Source: Hypanus sabinus (lineage: Eukaryota). Taken from it: 64,000 nt of DNA. Of this stretch, positions 1 to 10,517 are shown in pieces. The position numbers were made by a program, and so were the translations under genes. The notes beneath the pieces are model-generated. The model was not told the DNA's origin. It saw only the letters and a list, made by a program, of their open reading frames with translations, and ran no database searches. The stretch lies in NCBI RefSeq assembly GCF_030144855.1, contig NC_082706.1, positions 104,904,001 to 104,968,000 on the forward strand. Direction: 5' to 3'. The first letter of the stretch is position 1; the number at the start of each line of letters is the position of its first letter.

Positions 1-199
1 AACAAGCCCATGTAACCCTCTCTTTCCCCAAAAGCAATTCCTTCAAACTAGGATTCACCCAAATAAGCCTCCTCTGTAATCCCTAACCACAATCATATCC
101 TTACCACTGGAACTGCACACTATACTCCAAGTGTTACTTCTTCAGTGTTTTCTAATAGTCTATGGGCTGACAAAAGCAAACATATCAAGTAACTTCACC

Positions 200-740
200 A
201 CCTTATTCTCATTTGTTACTATTTCAGGGACCTATGGACTAGATCTCTACGTTCATCAGCATTCCTTGGTGCCCTACCATATACTGTCTAAGTGGCACAA
301 TTCAGAAGCGTGGTGTAATACTCTCCATTTGCATGAATGAGTGTATCTCCAACTCTCACGAAGCTCCACACCACAGAAGCTCATCAAACATTCATTCCCT
401 TCACTACTGGCAAACAGCATACAAAATCTGTGAAATACACCACAGTTACTCTGTGATTGCTCCCACAATATTTCCCAAACCTGAAACCTCAACCACCGAA
501 GGCATCTTCAGCTGGTATATGAGGACACCATGTACTGAAACTCTACAGTTTCTCCTCACAATCCATTCTGATTTTAAAAGATGTCACTGGGCCCAAATCT
601 TTTAACTCCAAATCCAACAGCATAGTAGGATTAACTTCAGCAGAAATGCAACAACTCAAGGTAGAAGCTCAGCAATACTTTTTTAAGGGCAATCAATGTG
701 GGCCTTGCATTTGGCAAGTTCTAATGCAAAAAAAAATTCC
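200..740 (+). mobile_element. Highly degenerate L2/CR1-group LINE 3' fragment
   Basis: Patchy similarity to the reverse complement of the better-preserved copy at 44039-44610; ends in an A-run near 728-736. Boundaries approximate. Confidence 0.4.
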
Positions 741-2844
741 TTTCACCTTCCATCACCATTTTAGGACATTCATCAAGTCTCAATCGAACATTCACCTGAT
801 TTTAAAATTCTCACAATTTGCAAATCTATGACCTTACCTCTGCCTTTCTGTCTTTTTCTGTGCAGCAGGAGAATCGAGTCTGATGAAAGGATTAACTGAA
901 TCACCAGTCAAGTCATCACCTGCCTAAATGCTAAAATTCCAGGATATCAAAACTCCCTGTCTCTCTGTCTTTAAGATATTTCATAAACCCTCTCTATTTT
1001 TCCTTCATGAGCTAGGTTATCTACCCAGCTATTCCCTTTACTTGTTCAGGTACTAGATTTTTTGCAGTAACTCTCCCAATACATCAAGAATGCAGATACA
1101 AATAGAAGTTCTTGCTGCTGTTCATTTACTGTTTCAGTGGTCAAGAACAGATTCAGATTACTTCCCAAAACTGTTATGCTAAATTTAAAACACAGAGCCA
1201 TGTACAACTTGAAAAGACTTTAATTCTCTTTATGCATCTTCTGTCCTCTTTACACCTCCATCTCAATAAAAGTTTTACAACTTTTCACATAGTTGGATGA
1301 ATATGAAGTGAAAACTTCTCAGGCTATTTCAAATCAAATTTTAATGCACACATCATGTTGCTAAGTAGTAATTATTGCGGTAATCAGTAACAGGCACTAA
1401 TTATCACAGAGCTATAACTTAAAAGCTATAACAAAGAAATGCCTAAAGCTTCATGGAATGCAAGTGCCCACTCCAAGAATACCTAGGCATCTACAATTAA
1501 TTTTTACTCGGTAACATTTCAAAAAGCAAAAAAGGTTAAGAGATGGTGAAACATTTTTCAAGAAGCAATGCCTGGGCATTGGAAGGAATATGCTGAATAT
1601 AGAACAAACGAATTTGTATTTTTCCCATTGAGTTTCAATACTCCAGGACATCCCACAGCACCTTAAAAATAATGAATAACTTTTGAAGCCCAGTTACTTC
1701 CTAATCTATAAAATATAACAAGTTCTCAGAAAAATAATGTGAAATTAATCAGATAACATGTTTAAGTGAAGGAGGTAAGGAGGTTCAGAAGCTCCAGAAT
1801 TCAGATACTGTAATTGAAGACATTCCTGCAAATTGTGACATGGTTAGTTACAAAAATCAAGACTGTAGGGGATAAATACAGGCTCAACTTGACTATTTTG
1901 GAATTCAATCATTTCATCATTGAAAGCTATATGCTCAAATACCTGAACCAAAATATTACACTTCTTAAAATAGTTTGCATATGCCTGAGAAGAAATGGGT
2001 TGATACCTAATCTAGATGATAGTCCTCAGCTTTAACTATTGGCTCCTACAGCAAATGGATGACCAAAGTCAAGAGAGCAGATGCTTTAAAGACATCTCAC
2101 TGAGAACTTGAGGAGTCTTGGTATGGATTTATGATAATAACCACGCCCACTCCTCCTGATCCATTAGGGCTGTTTCAAGAGGTTTTTTTTAACCCTTTCT
2201 TTGCCCACTCACCTAATTTGTCAACAGTAATCTGAAATGGCTTTGAAGCTGGTACATTCAAAACAAAGAAAATTTGCCATTGCACTGAATAAAACAAATT
2301 ACCTACTAATCAAATAAATTGCATTAATTGGTAATTTTAATATAGTAAAATTTACAAAACCAGTTGGCAATACAACTTAACTGTTCAATCTTACTACAAA
2401 GAATAAAGTAATGATTTTTATCCCCAAATACAGGCTGCAATTTTTATTCATTCAATTTTTATGCAATTCCTTTTTTTTTGCCATTACACCACAGTAAAGA
2501 TTTGGTGCAATGTTTTATTCAGGAGCCTTTCTATTAAATACATCAAGATAACTAGGTGCTTAGGCGTTGTTTAGTAAAGTGACTGAGTTGAAGAAGAACA
2601 TTAGGCACTGGCAGCTCCAGCAGTCTGGTTGTGATTGCTTGCCCTACTGGCTGAACAAAACGTACTCCAATCTTGGTGGCACTGATTGAATTACTGGTAT
2701 ATGATTGAAATAAAGGATAAAACATGCAAAACCACTGGCAGTCCCTTACAAGAACCCACAGACTGGAGTAACAACCAGAATGTGTACAGCAAACCAATGG
2801 TCATGTTGGTCATTAATTTTAGAAGGGGTGGGAGAGGGAGAGTG

Positions 2845-3240
2845 GTGCACATGCTCTTGTCTACATCAACGGTATTTAGGCTGAGAGGGTTGAAAAGCTT
2901 CATTTTCCTAGACAAGGCATTCTTGTCACTTCTCATGTCTGGCACAAGATACAGAAACCTGAAAGCACGTACCAGCAGGCTCAAGGCCAGCTTTGTACTA
3001 CTGTTATTGGATTCTTGAATGGTACAATAAGATGGACTCTTGACCTCAATCTCCCTCATCATGATCTTGCACTTTACCGTTTACCTGCGCCATGTTTCTC
3101 TATGGCTTTACACTTTATTCTGCATTGTTATTGTTTTACCTTATTCTACCTTAATGCACTGTGCAATGACTTGACCTGTATAACCAATATTCAATACAAG
3201 ATTGTCACTGTACATGTGACAATAATAAACCAATGCCAAT
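2845..3240 (+). mobile_element. Rex1/Babar LINE 3' fragment
   Basis: Frame reading ...LLMSGTRYRNLKARTSRLKASF matches the Rex C-terminal motif LLPSGRRYRSL..RT.R..NSF seen in other copies in this window. Confidence 0.55.
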
Positions 3241-4767
3241 ATTGGGTACCCAAGATGAATTATGATTCATATTTGATTTTATATGGGCATATTCAACTAA
3301 TTTGCACTGGAATGGTCTAAACTTTACATTGATAAACAAAACAAAACTGATAATTTTTTCTATTTGGTCAAAGAAATGATAAATAAAAAATTATTTTAAA
3401 CCCTTCTGGATGGGGCAGGAGAGTTATTTTTGGAATGAACACATACATCATTGCTAAAGCAGGCATTTATTATTCATTACTAACCTCCCATCTTCTTGAT
3501 TCTGTGTAGTCAATGCGTTGAAGTTACTCCATGGCATTGTCACATAGGAAGTTCCAGGTTTATTTATGCCTACTTTTTATTCCAATTGTTTAAACTCTGT
3601 GTGCAATTTTTTTTTCCAGTACAACTGTGGGAGAAGAACTGGCATGGCGGCAGTATATTGGACATTAGACATTGTGTTAGAGCTGCACAGAACATTCTAG
3701 TGAAACACTGTTTTCAGTAACTGCTTTTGGTATGGGAGCAAAGAGAAAAGAAAACAAATTGTGCTAGAGAAGATAGATAGCTTATTAAAAAGAGAATGAC
3801 AAAGGCATTAGAGACAAAAAATGAGGAGGCAGCAAGTTGACACCATCACAAAAGACTTGCAACATCACAGCACCAAAAATAAACATGCATGCAAATAAGT
3901 GTTGGGGGGGAGGAAGCATCTTGAACAAAGTAAAAAAAAATCATGAGCTACAAATCCTCAATATCAATCAATAGAAAGTGCCTTTAACAGGTTTGGCTCT
4001 CCAAAGTCAGGTCAGGGGGAAGCGGAGGGCGAGAGAGAGAGATGATTTCCTTATGCCACTGCCCCCATTTTTAAGATTTCAGGCCTGCTACAGGCTTCTT
4101 CCAAAACCAATGGAGGATAACAGTGCAGAAAGTCTACTTCCGCACATGTTCAAATTTATTTCATGGCTTATTAGCAATTTTGATTCTTGCTCAGCACAAG
4201 TAATGGCCATGTTTCCGACAGCAGATGGCAGGATAGCAAGAGCGAGTCCCTGCTGTAGTTAGAATAAGGTAGATTGGATCATTTATACATCAGGAGTGCT
4301 GCTAGGCAAGCCAGACTAATTTCAACAGCTGTTACAATACAAACACACCTAGAGGCACACGAGGGCAACCGTTCTCCTCCTCTTCAAGCACACTGCTTTA
4401 TTAACTTCCTACCTAACAATGCCATGGAGTACCTTCAACATGTAAGCGACAAAGAATCAAGAAAATGGGAGATTAGCGACAAGGTTTTATAGCTTTTCTT
4501 CACAACTATGGGAGCAGCAGCTCCTTTGGAAGTTCATCAGGGTCAAGAATGACTGACTTCCAATCGAGTTCTGTAGCTTCTGAGGTGGTTCATGAGTGAT
4601 CTGCAGATTCTTCTACAGGTGAGGTAAGAAATACCTGACCTGGGAGGTAGTTGGTGTGCTCCTTCCACCTGTTACACTGAATTGCTTCATGCTCCTTAAG
4701 GAACTTGAGACTGTCAAGTGCTATCCTAAATGTGTGGTGTTGTGTAGTGGAATTTGCTATGGTGGAG

Positions 4768-4780
4768 TTTCAAGATGGCG
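4768..4780 (+). promoter_or_regulatory. YY1-type motif at the L1 5' end (internal promoter element)
   Basis: TTTCAAGATGGCG about 10 bp inside the TSD-defined 5' end, positionally like the CAAGATGGC YY1 site of mammalian L1. Confidence 0.65.
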
Positions 4781-4929
4781 ACGTAAACATCTGCCTTTAG
4801 GCGCTCTTCATTTTTTCAACTATAATCACCCCTTAATTAAATCTTTTCGAATTTAATCACATGGGTTGATACTTTTGATTAACTTTTTCTTCCTAAAATA
4901 ATATTTGATCTAATCTCGACAAACTTAAA

Positions 4930-5790
4930 ATGGCTACAAGCAAGAAATCGTCTAAGGAACCTGTATCCATCGACGCAATCTCTACTCTTTTGGACGCTAA
5001 ACTGGATATTAAACTTTCAAGTCTGGAAGGCAGATTGGATGGTAGATTGGGAAGCAGACTGACAAGTTTGGAAAATAAACTTACCAGGAAAATATCGGAA
5101 CTTGAAGAAGCTGATAGATCGCTTGAAATTAAACTTCAATCGCAGGCATCGGACATTCAGCGGCATGAAGGTAAGATTGCGACTCTTGAAAAATCCATTT
5201 GTGAAAAAGTACGTATAATTGAAGCGTTGGAGAAGAAGGTAGAGTCGAATGCTAAAACTATGGATCAGTATAAGTTTAAAATTACTGATCTCGAAAATCG
5301 ATCTCGTAGACAGAATTTGCGTATCATCGGGTTTCCCGAAAAAGTTGAGTCTGGTGATTTAACTGAATTTTTCTCTAAATTACTATGGGAAACTTTCAGT
5401 GCTGAAGGTTTGCAAGCTAAACCTGTTATCGACCGCGCTCACAGAGTTGCGAGATTTTCGGCTCTGTCTGATAAACCACGAGCAGTGATTGTTCGCCTTC
5501 ATTATCCTCGGGAGAAAGAGCTTTTAATTCGATTAGCTCGTAAAAAAGGCATGATTTCTTATAACACCAATTCATTTCGAATTGTTGAAGATTATTCTTA
5601 TGATGTAATGAAATCAAGAATCGCTTTTAAACCAGTGATGGCAGAGATTTATTCGATTGGCCTTAAACAAGCTTTAATGTATCCAGCGAAGCTCAGAATT
5701 ACGTTAAACGACAACAGTCAGCAATTTTTCAAAACCCCGGAAGAAGCGAAGAAATTTGTTGAAGAATATAGATCTTCTAGTGCAACTTGA
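4930..5790 (+). CDS. L1 ORF1p, 286 aa (coiled coil + RRM + CTD), intact
   Basis: Heptad-rich N-terminal half, then DLENRSRRQNLRIIGFPE, IDRAHR, PRAVIVR and LMYPAKLRI, all L1 ORF1p motifs. Confidence 0.95.
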   Translation: MATSKKSSKEPVSIDAISTLLDAKLDIKLSSLEGRLDGRLGSRLTSLENKLTRKISELEEADRSLEIKLQSQASDIQRHEGKIATLEKSICEKVRIIEALEKKVESNAKTMDQYKFKITDLENRSRRQNLRIIGFPEKVESGDLTEFFSKLLWETFSAEGLQAKPVIDRAHRVARFSALSDKPRAVIVRLHYPREKELLIRLARKKGMISYNTNSFRIVEDYSYDVMKSRIAFKPVMAEIYSIGLKQALMYPAKLRITLNDNSQQFFKTPEEAKKFVEEYRSSSAT

Positions 5791-6738
5791 ACTATGTGTC
5801 ATGTTGAAGATTCCTCGGAGAGAGGGTGCCATCTCATTTTAAGTAACCTATGAAGTTGGGTTATAACTTTTTATCCCGTTCTATGGGTCTGGCTCTTATT
5901 TTTCACTATTATCACTGTTTTATGGATCTTAACTTTTATAATATTTTTTTTATTCTTTTTTCTGTTTCAGATATATACATCTATGTCTTGTAATAATGAT
6001 TTATTTTTTTCAAGATGTCGTTTCTTCTTCCCATAAGACTCTGCTTTTTATAAACATTTATTTGTTTGCCTGTACTTAGAAATGGGACGAATGTTTTGAA
6101 TTTTTTTTAGTTTTTTTTATATATATTGTAGTGTTTATTGAATCTTTTTTGATCCTATTTTGGTATTTTTTTTATTATTAAACTTTTTTAATAGATTGTT
6201 GAATCTACATTTATATTTTGTAAGATCGCTTTTTCAAAATGTCGTTTCTTCTTCCCATAAGTCTTTGCTTTTGAAACGTCATCTTTCTTGCATTTATATA
6301 TGAAATTTTTTTAAAGGTATATTACACTCTTAAATTTTAATGTTTATTTTTTTTGTTAAAGATTGTTTGTTTTATTATATTAGTTTTCTCATTCTGATTG
6401 ACATACATTTTCTTTTTGCAACCCTATATTTAAATATGGGTGTTACATAGTTTTTTTTTTAAAGCTTTTTATGGAGCTGCCATCTTGAAATGGGGGTAAG
6501 GTTAGTGTTAGATTAGGCGCTTGCAGCTTGGCTTTTCTTCGAAGGGTGGGGGGAGGGGTGGGGATCTTTTTTCACGCTTTTGTGTTTTTTTCTGCTTTTA
6601 GTTTATGGGCCAACTTTAAATTATTAATATTGTTGAGGTGTCATGTTCTCCGGTTGCTCCTCAATCTATTTTCCTTTTTCCTAAATTATGGGTTATGTGT
6701 CTTTTTAACCTATTATGATATACACAACTAATATTGGC

Positions 6739-9700
6739 ATGATGGATAAATCTATTAATTTTATCTCTTGGAATACTAATGGTTTAAATCATCCGATTAA
6801 ACGTAAAAAAATATTTAAGGTATTCCATAGATTGAACGCTAATATTATTTTTGCACAGGAAACCCATATTAGGAGGGAGGATAATCAACGTTTTTTTAGG
6901 TTCTGGAAGGGTCAACAATTTCATTCGAATTGTACCGCTAAAATTAGGGGTGTGTCTATTTTTATAGACCCCTCAGTTTTGTTTACACATCACAAAATTA
7001 TTTCTGATCCACAGGGCAGATTTTTGTTGATAACTGGTTCACTTTTCAATCGGAAAGTGGTGCTAGTTAATATTTATGCCCCAAATTTTGACTGCCCTGA
7101 ATTTTTTAAACGTTTATTTACTTCCCTTCCTAATCTGAATGAATATATGTTGATAATGGGTGGAGATTTTAATTGTTGTTTGAATCCTTCGATGGATAGA
7201 TCTAAACCTATTCGAACTCTTCCGAATAGATCAGCCTTACTTATTAATTCTTTTATGGTTGATTCGGGAATTACAGAAATATGGCGGTTTTTGAACCCTA
7301 AAGATAAAGAATTTTCATTTTTTTCACATGTATATCATAGTTATTCTAGAATTGATTACTTTCTTATTGATCATCGGTTATTAACGGATGTTATTGATTG
7401 TAAATATGATTCTATTACTATTTCGGATCATGCACCTTTGAAGTTATCTATTAAGATTCTGGACTTTTCCAATAATGTTAGATCTTGGAGACTTAATGCT
7501 ACTCTGCTTCAAGACCCAGAATTTGTCACCTATATAAAACAGCAAATTGATTTGTTTTTCTCAACAAACTATACTGAAGAAATTGACAGAGGAATACTTT
7601 GGGACTCTTTTAAGGCTTTTATCCGTGGACAAATTATTTCGTATTCCGCTGGTAAAAGGAAACAAAGATATTTAGATATTGCTTTATTAGTGGATAAAAT
7701 TAAGGAAATTGATAAGATTTATTCCGTGACTCCTACCATAGAACTTTATAAGAAGAGAGTTGAGCTTCAAATGGAACATAGTTTATTATTATCTTCTTCA
7801 ATTGAAAATCAATTAATTAGGACTAGAGCTCAATTCTATATTCACAGTGATCAAACTGGTAAACTATTAGCTAATCAATTAAAAGCTATTTCGACTAGGC
7901 GACAAATTATTAAAATTTGTAAACAAGACGGTAATTTAACCACTGATCATAAAGAAATCAATAATACTTTTCAAGATTTTTATAAATCTTTATATCAATC
8001 AGAATTTGATGGTGATCTGTCCATGATGGATAATTTTTTTAACAATTTGAATATTCCTAAACTGATTGGTGAAGATCGTAGCTTGTTTGATGCTCCTATC
8101 TCTATGGCCGAAATAGGTGAGGCTGTCTCATCAATGAATTCAGGGAAAGCTCCTGGCCCTGATGGTTATATTGTAGAATTTTTCAAAACTTTTTCTTCTT
8201 TGCTTTCCCCTTGGTTATGTGAAATCTTTAATGATGCATTTGCTAAGAAGAGATTACCTCAGTCTTTTTATGAAGCTACTATCTCTCTAATTCTTAAAAA
8301 AGATAAAGGTCCTACTTTATGTACATCTTATCGCCCTATATCATTATTAAATGTAGATTCTAAGATTCTTACAAAAATTTTAGCCACTAGATTAGAAAAG
8401 GTACTACCACAGATTATTTTAGAAGTTCAAACTGGTTTCATTAAGAATCGGTATTCTTTTTTTAATGTTAGAAAATTGATTAATATAATTCATACTTCAT
8501 CACCCACAGTCCCAGAATGTGTTATCTCATTAGATGCTGAAAAAGCCTTTGATAGAGTTGAATGGACATGTTTATTTAATGCATTGAGAAATTTTAATTT
8601 TAGTCCTAATTTTATATCATGGATTAAACTAATATACTATAAACCTGTTGCTTCTGTTCTTACAAATAATTATAGATCCTCCTTTTTTCAATTATCTCGT
8701 GGTACAAGACAAGGTTGTCCTTTAAGTCCTTTATTATTTAATATTGCGTTAGAACCTTTAGCCATTGCTATTCGTGAATCTCCTAATATTTTTGGTATTA
8801 CCCGTAATGAGAAATTATATAAATTATCACTTTATGCTGATGATTTGCTGTTATATATTTCTGATCTTGATAGATCTATTCCCACTATTTTATCCTTGTT
8901 GGCTCAATTTGGTAGTTTTTCTGGTTATAAATTAAACTTAGATAAGAGTGAATTATTCCCTTTAAACGCGCAAACTTTATTGAATGACAGGATTCCATTT
9001 AAAGTTGTTACTGATAATTTTACCTATTTAGGTATAAAAATTACCAAGAAATATAAAGATTTATTTAGACTGAAATTTTTACCTATGCTTTTTCAAATAC
9101 AACATCTTACTACAAGATGGTCTCCCTTATTCTTATCATTAGTTGGTCGGATTAATGCTATTAAAATGATGATTTTACCGAAATTTTTATATTTATTTCA
9201 AGCCTTACCAATTTTTATTCCTAAATCCTTTTTTGACAACATTGATTCAAAAATTTCCTCATTTGTGTGGCAAAACAAAAACCCCAGGTTAAGTAAAAGG
9301 CAATTACAAAAATCTAAAAAAGATGGTGGCTTAGCTTTGCCTAACTTTAGATTTTATTATTGGGCGAATAATATTCGTAACCTAACGTATTGGAAATTAG
9401 TTTTGGACTCATTATTGTGTCCGCAGTGGGTAAATTTGGAATGCAATGAAGTAAAGGGATATTCTTTATTCTCTGTTCTTGGTTCTTCTCTTCCTGCTGA
9501 TTTAGTTAAATTTAATAAACAGATATCTAATCCTGTTATTAAACACACATTACGAATTTGGTTTCAATTTCGGAAATTTTTTACTTTGAAAAACTTTGTG
9601 CTTGATAGCCCTATTTTATTTAATTTTTTCTTTAAACCTTCCTTGACAGATCAAGCCTTTAGCATATGGAAAAGGAAAGGTATAAAATGTTTTCGTGACC

Positions 9701-10517
9701 TTTTTTTTGAAGGTACTTTGATGTCTTTTGACCAACTTTCCAATAAATTTAAATTACCTAAATCTAATTTCTTCAGATATTTACAAATCAGAAATTTTTT
9801 ACATAAAGTTTTACCATCTTTTCGCAACTCAACTTCAACGAATTTCTCAGATTTGATTTTTACCTTAAATCCTTGTCAGAAGGGATTAGTTGCTTTTATT
9901 TACAACATGATTATGAAGATACAACCAGAGATAGAATTAAACAACAATGGGAAAAAGAACTTCGATACAATATACCAACAGATAAATGGGAAAAAATTTT
10001 ACAAATGGTTAATTCTTCTTCTATATGTGCTAAACATGCTTTAATACAATTTAAAATTGTACATAGAGCTTATATGTCTAAAGATAAACTTGCTCGATTT
10101 TATTCTCATATTAACCCTCAATGTGATAGATGTCATTCAGAAGTGGCTTCACTGACCCATATGTTTTGGTCATGTCCCACTTTACATAACTATTGGAAGG
10201 ACATATTCGTTACCATTTCCTCAATTTGGAACATCGATTTACAACCTAACTTTATTACTGCAATCTTTGGTATACCAAATGAGGATGGTAATCAGTTTTC
10301 TCCTTCAATCAGACGAATGATTGCTTTTGTAACATTAATGGCCAGAAGGTCTATATTACAAAATTGGAAAGAAGTAAACCCTCCTACCACGTCTCAGTGG
10401 CTTTTTCAAACTATTTCTTATCTGAGTTTGGAAAAAATTAGAAGCACTATTTTTGACTCGTCAATTAAATTTGAAGAAACTTGGGGACCGTTCATCCGAC
10501 ATTTTCATATGAATTAA
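6739..10517 (+). pseudogene. L1 ORF2p (APE endonuclease, reverse transcriptase, CCHC knuckle) with one frameshift near 9930
   Basis: ORF 6715-10044 has ISWNTNGLN, QETH, GGDFN, SRIDY, SDH, KAPGPDG, YRPISLLN, DAEKAFD, GTRQGCPLSP and YADD. The C-terminus with CDRCHSEVASLTHMFWSC lies in the -1 frame (ORF 9873-10517). Likely start is ATG 6739/6742 (in-frame ATG also at 6715). Confidence 0.95.

Noticed and set aside
876-905. CTGATGA at ~880 as another hammerhead
   Set aside because: No stem II/GAAA arrangement and no Penelope flanking sequence follows.
2552-2797. 81-aa minus-strand ORF as a NUDCD1 exon
   Set aside because: No similarity to the recalled NUDCD1 sequence and no convincing splice sites.
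9873-10044. Programmed -1 ribosomal frameshift between the two overlapping L1 ORF2 frames
   Set aside because: No X XXY YYZ heptamer in the ORF2 frame at the switch point (GGGAAAA at 9949-9955 is out of phase). L1 ORF2 is normally one frame, so a small deletion or assembly indel is simpler.
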